Positions 1 to 8,506 of a stretch of DNA of 53,427 nt are shown here, piece by piece. Within the stretch, counting starts at the first letter, position 1. Every line of letters starts with the position of its first letter. Below the pieces are notes generated by a model. It did not search any database. It was not told where the DNA came from and worked only from the letters and a program-made list of their open reading frames with translations. The stretch is from the sequence record SRR2962707_3662. One strand, written 5' to 3'. A program made the translations under genes and the position numbers.

Positions 1-32
1 GCGCAGCCCGGTAGCGCACTTGTCTGGGGGGC
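1..32 (+). repeat. attL: truncated 5' half of tRNA-Pro(GGG)
   Basis: GCGCAGCCCGGTAGCGCACTTGTCTGGGGGGC gives the D-arm plus anticodon loop (CT-GGG-GG). The sequence then diverges from a tRNA: no complete anticodon stem and no T-arm. Confidence 0.85.
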
Positions 33-63
33 TTGTGGGCAACGCGCCTTTTTCTCAATTCCG

Positions 64-603
64 TCAATCGTTTACGGCGCGCCGGTCTGTAGTTGCAGGC
101 GCCGGCGTGGCGGTCGATGTTGCCGGTGGGACATTGGCGCTGTGGAATTGCTCCGCCTCTTCAATGAATTTCTTCAGCTTTCCGCAGTAGAAAAACCATT
201 CCAGCCTGTGATGGCAGGCCTCAAATTCCCGGTGAAGCTTGTGCTCAAGGTCTGTGCCGCCTCTGAACCAGAACAGCAGCTCGGGCGCTGTTGGTGCTGA
301 TCCGCTCAGCTCGGCGAGGCGTCGCTTTGGATCGACCGAGTGCCCGATCTTCACAAAATGGCCAGCCCTGACGATGTATACGTATCCCCGTCTTGCCTGC
401 ATGGCGGAGGGGAGAGAGCGGCGAGCGCGCCTGATAATCGAGCGGAAGAACGAGTTGGACGCAAAGACCTCCTGCCGGAGCAAGTCTTCGACTTTCTGTG
501 CGTCCACGGGATCGTCAGTTCCGGTTGAGCCGTGATATCTGTTGCCGTCGACCCGGAAATCGTAGCTGTAATGTCGGCAGTCCGACCGTTTGAACACGCT
601 CAT
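64..603 (-). CDS. Fusion of an integrase-like N-terminal arm-binding domain and a T5orf172/MUG113 (GIY-YIG) nuclease domain
   Basis: N-terminal YSYDFRVDGNRYHGSTG resembles Int YSYEFRLHGRRFSGSTG. C-terminal GYVYIV..VKIGHS..PKRRL..LE..LH..F....EWF is T5orf172-like. Start overlaps the int stop (ATGA). Confidence 0.8.
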   Translation of the reverse strand: MSVFKRSDCRHYSYDFRVDGNRYHGSTGTDDPVDAQKVEDLLRQEVFASNSFFRSIIRRARRSLPSAMQARRGYVYIVRAGHFVKIGHSVDPKRRLAELSGSAPTAPELLFWFRGGTDLEHKLHREFEACHHRLEWFFYCGKLKKFIEEAEQFHSANVPPATSTATPAPATTDRRAVND

Positions 604-1793
604 GCCTGTTCTTCTCCCGTCTTCCGTTTGCGGACTAAAGCCAGAGCCTCTGCCATCTCGTCCGGCGTCGCGCGAACGCTCGCCGCCTCCATGGCGCGGC
701 GGATGTCGTCGTCCTGCACATGGGCGTATTTCGTCGTCGTCTCAATGTCCGCGTGGCCCAGGAGCTGCTGTGCGGTGCGGATACCCGCCGCCCGCGTGAT
801 CCGGCTGCCTGCGGTGTGGCGGGTGTCGTGGAAGCGGAAGTCGGTGACGCCTGAGGCGGGGAGCTTCCTCCGCGCCACGGATTTCATGCCGCTTTCCGTG
901 ACCGGATACCGCTTGCCGCGCTCGATCTTCTCCGTCACCCAGTTTCCTACGTCGTCCTTCGACCGGATCGTGCGGGTCCGCGTCGCGACATAGGTGAAGA
1001 CGAATTCCGGGTGATTGCCGAGAAGTCGGCGGAAGAGATCGAAGAGGGCGGCAGACATGGGAATGAAGCGGCGCCTTCCGCCCTTGCCCGTGACCTCGAA
1101 CCGGCGGTTGATGAAATCCACCTTCTCCCAGCGGAGCGCCCATCGGTCGCCCACGAGCTCGCATCGGCGGCAGCCGGCGATCATGGTGGCGTCTAGCACG
1201 TCGCGATAGCCTTCCGGCACGGCGGCGCGCAGAGCCTCCTCCTCAGCCGCACTCGCCTCGCGGACCCGCTCCTGGGGCTCTTCGAGCCAGTGGAGCTTCC
1301 ATTCAACATCGGCCGTTTCGGCCTTCCACACCTTACGCGCACGCGTCAGCACGTCGCGTAGCGGCTCCGTCGCCGTGCGGTTCACCGTCGCGGGCGCGAC
1401 GAAGCCCTTGTCCTTCCGGCCCCACTTCTTCTCGCCTCGCCGCTTTGCGACCATAGAGGCGACTTCCGCATTGCCGATCGTTGCGATGGGTTTCGACTTG
1501 CCGAAGTAATCGAGAAGCCAGTCGAGGCAGGCGAGGCGCGTTGTTGCGTCTCGGCGGCGGCTGCCGACCTCAAGCCAGTGGCGCGCACAGGCCTGTTCCA
1601 GCGTGAGCCGTGGCCCCTGCAGCGCCTTTTCAGCCGCGATCAGAAGAGCGGCTTCCTCGCGCCTGGCGCGCTCTACGGCTTCCGCTTCCCGGCGCGCCGT
1701 GCATCCAGTGCTACCTGAAAATCGGCGACCGTGAAGCCTGAATTCGTAGGAATAGACGCCTTGTTTCGCGTCTCCGCGGATATAGACGGGCAT
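600..1793 (-). CDS. int: Tyrosine integrase
   Basis: Catalytic motifs GCRRCEL, KGG, HDTRH and LLGHADIETTTKY; adjacent to att. Confidence 0.97.
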   Translation of the reverse strand: MPVYIRGDAKQGVYSYEFRLHGRRFSGSTGCTARREAEAVERARREEAALLIAAEKALQGPRLTLEQACARHWLEVGSRRRDATTRLACLDWLLDYFGKSKPIATIGNAEVASMVAKRRGEKKWGRKDKGFVAPATVNRTATEPLRDVLTRARKVWKAETADVEWKLHWLEEPQERVREASAAEEEALRAAVPEGYRDVLDATMIAGCRRCELVGDRWALRWEKVDFINRRFEVTGKGGRRRFIPMSAALFDLFRRLLGNHPEFVFTYVATRTRTIRSKDDVGNWVTEKIERGKRYPVTESGMKSVARRKLPASGVTDFRFHDTRHTAGSRITRAAGIRTAQQLLGHADIETTTKYAHVQDDDIRRAMEAASVRATPDEMAEALALVRKRKTGEEQA

Positions 1794-1999
1794 GCGACCT
1801 TCTTGTTTTTCCGCTTCCAGGCCTCGATGTCGGCGGGATCGTAACGAGGCGTTTCGCGCTTCCCGCCGCGACCGATGTTGATGTAGGGGATGTCGCCCGC
1901 CTTGCGCATGGCAGCGAGCGTCTTGATCCCGCAGCCGAGTTCACGGGCTGCTTCGGCCGGTGTCAAGGGTTCCTGGCCTTTGCCGGGGGTGGAGGTCAC
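1673..1999 (-). CDS. xis: Excisionase (HTH_17/MerR-like)
   Basis: LTPAEAARELGCGIKTL..GDIPYINIG..RYDPADIEAW; overlaps the int 5' end. Confidence 0.85.
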   Translation of the reverse strand: MTSTPGKGQEPLTPAEAARELGCGIKTLAAMRKAGDIPYINIGRGGKRETPRYDPADIEAWKRKNKKVACPSISAETRNKASIPTNSGFTVADFQVALDARRAGKRKP

Positions 2000-2670
2000 G
2001 TCGCAGTCCTCCCCATCGGGATAGGAATCGCCGGGTCAGGCTTCAGGTCTTCGGGCCAGCCCCATTCGCGGGCGCGCAGGGCGCGGCAGACCTCATCGCG
2101 GATCTGATCGCCTGTCAGCGCGCGGCCGAGGCGCGTCACGATGTCGAAGGATATGTCGAGCGCGCCGACCCGAACTCCGCGCCGGTGAGCCACCTCGCGC
2201 AGCTCCTGAAAAGCGAGAAGGCCGAGCATGGGGACGAAGAGCCTCATCCAGTCGCGCGAGGCGAACGTCTCCCACTCTCCGTTTGACGTTGTGGTGGGGC
2301 GCTTGAAGCCGTCGCCCTCGACGATCGCGAGGCCGCAGTTGGCCGGCAGGAACCCGCGATTGTCGGTGAACTTCTTTTCGTGGTGCGCATCGGCGACGAG
2401 CCAGAGTTCGGGGAGAAGTACGAGCGCCTCTTCCGCGCGCGCCGGTACATCGTGGATGACGGCTTTAGGCGGCTTGACGATTACCCCTGCGATGCTGGTC
2501 GCGCCGATGAACGCCATGTGGATGCGGTGCTTGCCGATGGGAAGCTGATGCACCATGCGCGCCCCCGGCCATTTCTCCCGGCCCCAGGTCTCCACGATGC
2601 CGCGCAAGCGCAGCTCCTCGATCGACGGTGCCACCACGTAGGGCTTTTTCTTGCGGGAGCCGTGGGCCAT
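1996..2670 (-). CDS. sce7726-like PD-(D/E)XK fold protein with degenerate catalytic residues
   Basis: Pattern ARMVHQL..GKHRIHMAFIG..IAGVIVK and C-terminal ELRE..IRDEVCRALRAR resemble that family. Start set at MAHGS. Confidence 0.5.
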   Translation of the reverse strand: MAHGSRKKKPYVVAPSIEELRLRGIVETWGREKWPGARMVHQLPIGKHRIHMAFIGATSIAGVIVKPPKAVIHDVPARAEEALVLLPELWLVADAHHEKKFTDNRGFLPANCGLAIVEGDGFKRPTTTSNGEWETFASRDWMRLFVPMLGLLAFQELREVAHRRGVRVGALDISFDIVTRLGRALTGDQIRDEVCRALRAREWGWPEDLKPDPAIPIPMGRTAT

Positions 2671-2671
2671 G

Positions 2672-2911
2672 TCAGTTTCCCTCTCCGCTGTCGACAGTCC
2701 AGCCCATGACCTTGAACTTGAGAAAGTCACCGATCTTCGCCGCGACGGCGCAATGGGCTCTGTTGCGGCCATAGGTCGTCAGGTGCTCACCGCATGGCTC
2801 TGGAGCGTCTCCGACGCGCCGTCCAAGCACGATCACCTGGTCGTAGCCGTAGCGTTCAGCTATGGCCTTGGCGGCCGAGATGGGGATGGGCTTGAGCGGC
2901 CGGTGTTTCAT
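2672..2911 (-). CDS. Hypothetical phage protein
   Basis: Translationally coupled ORF in the leftward operon. Confidence 0.75.
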   Translation of the reverse strand: MKHRPLKPIPISAAKAIAERYGYDQVIVLGRRVGDAPEPCGEHLTTYGRNRAHCAVAAKIGDFLKFKVMGWTVDSGEGN

Positions 2912-3126
2912 TCGGCATCTCCCTTGAGCACCCCGATGCGGTAGGCGCCTTCGGCGGTCAGATCATCCCAGAGGCTTCCCTTGATCCATGCACGGCCCTC
3001 GCGATTGTGATCGGTCACCTGCGCGATCGCTTCGTCGAGGATGAAGTTCACGGCGGCAATCGGCGTGCCGGGAAACCGCTTCTGCAAACGGTCGATGAAG
3101 TCGGTGCGGCGTTCTTCAGGCGTCAT
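2908..3126 (-). CDS. Hypothetical phage protein
   Basis: MTPEERRTDF... start overlaps the end of the ACP gene; stop overlaps the next start. Confidence 0.65.
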   Translation of the reverse strand: MTPEERRTDFIDRLQKRFPGTPIAAVNFILDEAIAQVTDHNREGRAWIKGSLWDDLTAEGAYRIGVLKGDAE

Positions 3127-3373
3127 CGCCGAGCCTCTCCTGCACAAGCGCGAACCAGTCGGCGACAGACTTGCGGCCTTCGGCCTCGGCATCTTCAATC
3201 ACGGCGAGGCCGAACTCATCCTCAAGCGCCATCCCGACCTCGATGCGGTCGAGGCTGTCGAGTTCGAGATCGGCATCGGCCGCGGCGCCGACATGGCCAG
3301 CCGTCACGGTGGAGATGGCCTTGCGGACGCGGTTCTCGATTTCTTGCGTTTTGAGGGCTTCGGTTTCCATCAT
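3116..3373 (-). CDS. Acyl carrier protein-like
   Basis: 85 aa, acidic. DLELDSLDRIEVGMALEDEFGL matches the phosphopantetheine DSLD motif and helix II. RBS AAGGA upstream. Confidence 0.85.
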   Translation of the reverse strand: MMETEALKTQEIENRVRKAISTVTAGHVGAAADADLELDSLDRIEVGMALEDEFGLAVIEDAEAEGRKSVADWFALVQERLGDDA

Positions 3374-3642
3374 GTTTCCTTTACGGCGGGAGGAATGCTC
3401 CATGGCAGCAGCGGCGTGTCGTAGGCCAGCATGAGCGTGTGGCGCGGCTGGCCGTCCCTTGCCGTGCCGAAGCAATGGAGGCGCTTGCCGGTGCGATCCG
3501 CGATGGTGACGACTTCCCGCCACCGGGAACGAAGATGCGGCGGGAGCTTCGCGAGCGGGCCCCATGCGGCGACCACAATGTCGGCATCCCGCATGATGCG
3601 CTCGAGGTGATCGTCATTCTCCGTGCCGACTGGATCGCCCGC
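3370..3642 (-). pseudogene. C-terminal half of a DUF1643-family gene, disrupted by an IS1595 relic
   Basis: DPVGTENDDHL..IVVAAWG..LHCFGTARDGQPRH is the DUF1643 C-terminus; the N-terminal LNPSTAD region is absent. Confidence 0.65.
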
Positions 3643-3798
3643 AACGAATTCACGTTCCGCTTCAACCGGCGGTTCTATCCGTTCAACACCTTCCGCTCGC
3701 TGCTCGGCATCGGCAGCGACGCAGAGCCACCCACCTATCGGGCTCTTTATGACGGGGGCTGGGAGCATCCGACTATCGGCCATCGACCCCTCCGCTGA
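3643..3798 (+). mobile_element. IS1595-family transposase C-terminal remnant
   Basis: NEFTFRFNRRFYPFNTFRSLLGI..PTY..LY.G.W.HP matches the ISXO2/IS1595 C-terminal signature as recalled. Confidence 0.7.
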
Positions 3799-4549
3799 GA
3801 CCGAGAAACCCGGCGGTTTCTTCGCAGAAGGGTGAACACTCGATGGTCGGCTCATCCTGTTGCCGCCCAGTCTCGGGGCGGAGTTCATCAAGGAAAATGC
3901 GCACCCCGTCTTGGCGAACGAGACGTGCGCCCAATTCCCTCGATAGCCGCGCCATTCGCCAAAACACGTCCGGAAAATGGCGGCGTATCATGTTCCAGTA
4001 ACCTGCGCCGCCCTTCGGGCAGCCGATACAGTTGTTGTTCATGAAGCCGAGCAGATACATCGCAGGCAGAACTATTCCGGCGGCGCGAACCAGCGCATGG
4101 CAGTCCGGCTTTCGAAGCTTTGCCTCTATCAGCGGGAGTTCAGCGGCGATTTCGAAATTGGTTTCGACAAACCGCTTTGCGCGCCCTTCCTCTTCCGCCG
4201 TGTACCCAAAGATATGAATGTCGTCTGGGCGCTGAAATTCGTAGCGAACCGCCTTCTTCAGCAATCCGGTACAAGGCGCTCCCTTTGGCCCCGCGATGAA
4301 TTTTCGCTTTTCCCACACGGCCCACGTGTCGACGTAATCCGGGCTGCGAAGTTCGATGATTGGTGCGCCAAACCACTTCGAACATTCAGACGCAAAACGG
4401 TCGTTGTCGGGGTGCTCGCTGTCTATACAGATACGCGCAACCACGACCTCATGCGTGCCGCCATACTTCTTCAGCGCGAGCTTCGTCGCGACAGCCGAGG
4501 CATCGCCGCACGAGAACCAGCAAATGACGCGAGGGTCAGACATCAACAT
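3773..4549 (-). CDS. PAPS-reductase-like / adenine nucleotide alpha-hydrolase family protein
   Basis: PP-loop-like WFSCGDASAVA, EHPDNDRF, APCT..LKK, GF.NNNCIGC.KGG.GYWN and C-terminal ECSPFCE. Confidence 0.85.
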   Translation of the reverse strand: MLMSDPRVICWFSCGDASAVATKLALKKYGGTHEVVVARICIDSEHPDNDRFASECSKWFGAPIIELRSPDYVDTWAVWEKRKFIAGPKGAPCTGLLKKAVRYEFQRPDDIHIFGYTAEEEGRAKRFVETNFEIAAELPLIEAKLRKPDCHALVRAAGIVLPAMYLLGFMNNNCIGCPKGGAGYWNMIRRHFPDVFWRMARLSRELGARLVRQDGVRIFLDELRPETGRQQDEPTIECSPFCEETAGFLGLSGGVDGR

Positions 4550-4592
4550 TTAGTCCCTGTGGGTGTGAACCGGATAGGCACGAAAGTTTCGA

Positions 4593-4688
4593 TCATGCGA
4601 CGAACCCTCCGATGAACAGGCAGACCGCAGCGAACACGACGAAGCCGGCGAGCGCCTTGAGATCGTCGCGGGTGACGAGATCGCGCAT
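4593..4688 (-). CDS. Small membrane peptide (31 aa)
   Basis: MRDLVTRDDLKALAGFVVFAAVCLFIGGFVA; TGATG coupling to the upstream gene. Confidence 0.5.
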   Translation of the reverse strand: MRDLVTRDDLKALAGFVVFAAVCLFIGGFVA

Positions 4689-5086
4689 CAGAAGTCGACC
4701 TTTCGCGTTTCGATAATCACGGTGTCGCGCTCACGGCGGACGCCGACGATGGCTGTGCCGCTGCAATCTTCGGGCTGGTCCACCCATAGCGGTGTTTCTC
4801 CGCTCATTTGGAAGTAGCCACCCTTCCAACCCTGATAGGTGTTGCCGATCGCTTTTTCGAGTTCGGTCGCGACGCTGAATGCACTCGGCCAGTGCCGGTC
4901 CGGCAGCGACTTGTCAGACCATCCGAGCGCACAATGGTCGAAATAACCGCGGTAGCTTCGGACCACGGTCGGGCGCAAGTAGCAGAAATCGAACTGCACA
5001 TCGGCTTTCGGCGGCGCCTTGCGGATGGCTTCCATGACGGATTCGAGTGACGCCGTGCCATACGCGGTCATCGTCAGTTCACTCAT
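4688..5086 (-). CDS. Conserved hypothetical phage protein
   Basis: SYRGY..GWKGG.F.M..TPLW motif; coupled ORF. Confidence 0.75.
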   Translation of the reverse strand: MSELTMTAYGTASLESVMEAIRKAPPKADVQFDFCYLRPTVVRSYRGYFDHCALGWSDKSLPDRHWPSAFSVATELEKAIGNTYQGWKGGYFQMSGETPLWVDQPEDCSGTAIVGVRRERDTVIIETRKVDF

Positions 5087-5583
5087 CGATCATCCCCCGC
5101 CGGGTCCATGACGGGATAGTCGCGCAGCAGCAGTGTGGCGCGTTCGTCGAGGATCTTGAGGAAGAGCGTCATGCGCTCGGCGATGCTGCGTTCGTCGGTC
5201 TGGCCCTTGCGGCGCGGGACGATGCTTTCCGGCAGCATTGCGTGCGTCGCCTCAATTTCGAGGCGCATCCGCTCGCGGCTGGCGCCGACGTTGAACAGGA
5301 ATTCGTCGACGGGCGGGAAGGCGGGCGCCTGGGTCCGTTTCGCGGGATGCATGTGAACGGCACGCTGGCCGTCGCCCAGGGTCTCGCACGCCTTCGTCCT
5401 CGCTTCCGGGGAGGCGTAGGGCAGTTGGTGCTGCGCGGCTGGTGTGCCGCGAGATGCGGCACTGGCGGCGGCCCTCGCAATCGCGTACTGGCTTCCGCCC
5501 GCGAGCCGGAAGCGATCGCAGGCTTCCCGGAAGGCTTCATCGCCGCTGATCGCAGTGGCTTGCATCTCGACGGTTGAGGTCAT
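5083..5583 (-). CDS. Hypothetical phage protein
   Basis: Start MTSTVEM overlaps the upstream stop (ATGA). Confidence 0.65.
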   Translation of the reverse strand: MTSTVEMQATAISGDEAFREACDRFRLAGGSQYAIARAAASAASRGTPAAQHQLPYASPEARTKACETLGDGQRAVHMHPAKRTQAPAFPPVDEFLFNVGASRERMRLEIEATHAMLPESIVPRRKGQTDERSIAERMTLFLKILDERATLLLRDYPVMDPAGDDR

Positions 5584-6047
5584 GCTGATGTCCTGTTCCC
5601 TTCCGATGCGGTCTTCTCGTCTTGCGTGTTGCCCTCCTGCTCGCCGTTGCCCGTCGAATTGATCTGCTCGACGGTTCGCGCCTCGGCAACACACCACACC
5701 GGCGGAATGCAATCGTTCTTCCACATCCAGAAGCGGAAGGCCTCGGCGAGGTGAGCCTCCATGCTCACCCGATCCTCTGGCTCGAGTTCCCATTCCATGC
5801 CGTCTTCGCCCCAACACATCGCGTTGTGGTCGGCGAAGTCCTCGAAGATGCGGTCCGCATCGAAGATCGCGTGATCCGGCACCATCATGTCAGCCTCGAT
5901 CAGACAGAAGGGGCGGTCCCCATACTTGGCGAGCCCTTTCTTCAGCGCTTCTCCGCGCGTGCTCGAGGAGGCATCGAACGCTTCGGCGTCTTCTGCGTGG
6001 GCCACATACCAGCGAAACTTTCCATCGCCCTTGTTCACGCCCATCAT
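5580..6047 (-). CDS. Hypothetical acidic phage protein
   Basis: Start MMGVNKG coupled to the upstream stop. Confidence 0.7.
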   Translation of the reverse strand: MMGVNKGDGKFRWYVAHAEDAEAFDASSSTRGEALKKGLAKYGDRPFCLIEADMMVPDHAIFDADRIFEDFADHNAMCWGEDGMEWELEPEDRVSMEAHLAEAFRFWMWKNDCIPPVWCVAEARTVEQINSTGNGEQEGNTQDEKTASEGNRTSA

Positions 6048-6475
6048 CACAGCTCCCATGTCTGGCGGTCCAAAAGCGCGCCGCCACCGGCGAGATGGTC
6101 CGCGATCATGACCAGCCGCTGTTTCGCCCCCTCGACGGTCTCCGCGTCGTAGTCGCCGGGCTTCGCGAGGATCTCGTCGGCCTGCTTCTGCACCTCTTCG
6201 TAGGTGGGGCTGCAATTCGCGCAGCAGGTTTCGCCGCTTGCGTAGCGATATCCCTTGTCGCCCTCGATGACCGGGGCGCTGCAATCCATGCACTTGCCGA
6301 GGATGACGCCCTCGCCGGCCATGAATTCCTCAATCGCTTCGCGCGCGCCGTCGATTTCGTCGATGGCGTCGCGGTAGGGGCGCATCGCCTCCTGCACTGC
6401 CTGTTCGGCCTTGTTGAGACGCTGCAGCCAGTCGCGGAGCGGTGTGGCGAGTTTGGTGCGGTCGTCGGTGTTCAC
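6047..6475 (-). CDS. Hypothetical Zn-finger protein (CxxC...CxxC)
   Basis: GTG start overlaps the dnaN stop; CMDC and CANC motifs. Confidence 0.7.
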   Translation of the reverse strand: MNTDDRTKLATPLRDWLQRLNKAEQAVQEAMRPYRDAIDEIDGAREAIEEFMAGEGVILGKCMDCSAPVIEGDKGYRYASGETCCANCSPTYEEVQKQADEILAKPGDYDAETVEGAKQRLVMIADHLAGGGALLDRQTWEL

Positions 6476-7608
6476 TGCCTGCCTCCCTGCTGCGCGATCA
6501 CTTCGCGACGGCTGGCGTCGCCTGGTATTTCGATGGCGATCACCGCGCGGCCGCCGTGATCGCATTTGACGAACTCGACTTCTTCGACGTTCATGTTGGC
6601 GAGGGCGGAAACGAGATAGCGGGCGTTGAACGTGAAGGTCTCTTCCCCCTCGGCCCAGTCGCAATCGACCTCGTCGACAGCTTCCATTCCGTTGTCGCCG
6701 CGCGCGGAAACCGCGACCTTGCCTTCGGTCAGGCTGATCTGGACGGCCGACGAGCCGCCATTCTGGATGATCGTCGCCCGTTTGATGGCCGTGAGCATGC
6801 GTTCTGTCGTGACGGTGAAGCTCGTCTTGCCGCGCGCCGGAATAAGGCGGCGATACTCAGGATAGGTTCCCTCGACGAGCTTCGTAGCGAAGCGGATGGT
6901 GACGCCGCCGCGCTCGAAGGTAACGGCGAGCTTCAGTCCGTCGGTCCGAAGCGCGGCAATGTCGTCGGAAACAAGGCCGCGCAGGATCTTGACCGAGGCA
7001 AGCGGAACGATAACCCCGATCTCCGCCGCCACCTCCGCGTCTTCGTCGGCATCGGGAAACCGCGTTTCCGCCAAGGAAATCCTGTGCGTGTCCGTCGCGA
7101 CCGCGATGAGGTCCTTGCCGTCGCGGTGCAGGTAGATGCCGCTCAGGTAGTGCCGCTGGTCGTCATTGGCCGCCGCATGGCCGACGGCGAGAAGCGTTTC
7201 GAGCTCGGCACCGTAAAGCTCGAAGGCAGTCACATTCTCCGGAAACTCGAAGACGGGAAAATCCCGCGCGGGAAGCGAGAAGAGCTTGTATCTGCCGCGC
7301 CCGGCGCGGACAGTGGCGATCTCTGCTTCCTCGTCATACTCGATCGTCACCTGGGCGCCTTCAGGCGTTGTGTCGGCAATGCCTTTCAGCTTCTGGTACT
7401 CGATGGTGGCGGCTCCACCTTTCTCGGCGGTGCCGGCCACCGTGACGGACATGGACTGGCTGTAGTTGTTCGCGGTGAACACAGCCTTGCCATCATGCGC
7501 CTCGATCAGGACGTTGTTGGCGATCGCGATGGTGTTGCGCGAGGCGTAGACGCCGGACAGGTGCGAAAGAGCGCGGACGAGGTTCGCCCGCTCAATCGAG
7601 AAGCGCAT
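6472..7608 (-). CDS. dnaN: DNA polymerase III beta sliding clamp
   Basis: 378 aa from MRFSIERANL. SRNTIAI..NVLI, RHYLSGIYL, AVATDTHRI, KLVEGTYPEYRRLIP, FNARYL. Confidence 0.93.
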   Translation of the reverse strand: MRFSIERANLVRALSHLSGVYASRNTIAIANNVLIEAHDGKAVFTANNYSQSMSVTVAGTAEKGGAATIEYQKLKGIADTTPEGAQVTIEYDEEAEIATVRAGRGRYKLFSLPARDFPVFEFPENVTAFELYGAELETLLAVGHAAANDDQRHYLSGIYLHRDGKDLIAVATDTHRISLAETRFPDADEDAEVAAEIGVIVPLASVKILRGLVSDDIAALRTDGLKLAVTFERGGVTIRFATKLVEGTYPEYRRLIPARGKTSFTVTTERMLTAIKRATIIQNGGSSAVQISLTEGKVAVSARGDNGMEAVDEVDCDWAEGEETFTFNARYLVSALANMNVEEVEFVKCDHGGRAVIAIEIPGDASRREVIAQQGGRQ

Positions 7609-7978
7609 CGGGGTTCTCCAGAATGTCGGTGATGAGATCGTTGAGGTCGTCGCGATGAATGGTCTCTTCATCGGCCCGGCCGCTCTCGATGCGCCTGAAG
7701 GCGGCGTCGAACAGGGCGCCGCTCGCCGGATGCGGGAAATGGTTTGCGGCGCGGCGAATGATGGCCACGGCATTTTCCCATGCGACGAGGTGGATGTAGT
7801 AGTAATCGCTCGAGCCGCGGTCCTGCTGGCGCTTGCGTCGTGCGGATGCCTTGACGGCGCCGGACATGACGGCAAGGTCGCTGGGAACGCGCTTCGCCGC
7901 ACACCAGCGCCGCGCCTGATCGCGAGCGTGTTCCGGCTGCGAATGTGCGGTGAAAGCGCGGTCAGCGGAGGAGCGCAT
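7592..7978 (-). CDS. Hypothetical phage protein
   Basis: ORF in the coupled leftward operon; start uncertain. Confidence 0.6.
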   Translation of the reverse strand: MRSSADRAFTAHSQPEHARDQARRWCAAKRVPSDLAVMSGAVKASARRKRQQDRGSSDYYYIHLVAWENAVAIIRRAANHFPHPASGALFDAAFRRIESGRADEETIHRDDLNDLITDILENPDALLD

Positions 7979-8318
7979 CGGTATCCTCCAGAAGATCGCG
8001 GATGAGTTCGTAGGCGTCGGCGGGCGAGACTTCCGCCGCTTCGCCGCAGACGATGCGGCGCAGGCGCGCTTCGGCGGCTGTGCGGAGCGCCTCGCTGCTC
8101 GGCCAGGGATAGAGATCGACGATCCGGAGCATGCGCTTGCGGAGATTGTTCGCGCCGAGGAGACCGTTGCCGCGTGGCGGGCTGTTCCGGTCGCTCATCG
8201 CCCTTTCGAGAAAATGCGCCTTCTCGCTGGCCGAAATCTTCCGCGACCATTCCCGCGCCTGCTGGCGCGGGTCGGCAGCAGTCGTTACAGGGGGGGGGAT
8301 GGCCGCTGGTTGAGCCAT
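7962..8318 (-). CDS. Hypothetical phage protein
   Basis: TAATG coupling with the upstream ORF. Confidence 0.65.
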   Translation of the reverse strand: MAQPAAIPPPVTTAADPRQQAREWSRKISASEKAHFLERAMSDRNSPPRGNGLLGANNLRKRMLRIVDLYPWPSSEALRTAAEARLRRIVCGEAAEVSPADAYELIRDLLEDTDALLR

Positions 8319-8506
8319 TAGAGCGGGCTCCAGACGATCAGGAAGTGAACCGCGATGAACAGGGCGGTCGCGAGCGAGGCGAGGGTGGCGAGGCGATGGT
8401 GCACATGCCGCAGCGTCGTGCGGCGGTGCGTCTTGTGGCGCATGTCGCGGCGGGTGACATAGAGACGGCGGCCGTAATCGCGGGGCAGGGGTGCGCGGGC
8501 GGTCAT
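8318..8506 (-). CDS. Small basic membrane protein
   Basis: C-terminal hydrophobic helix; coupled ORF. Confidence 0.65.
   Translation of the reverse strand: MTARAPLPRDYGRRLYVTRRDMRHKTHRRTTLRHVHHRLATLASLATALFIAVHFLIVWSPL

Noticed and set aside
7609-8250. N-terminal extension giving a 592-aa DnaN
   Set aside because: Overlaps two coupled ORFs; the clamp sequence starts at MRFSIER (7608).
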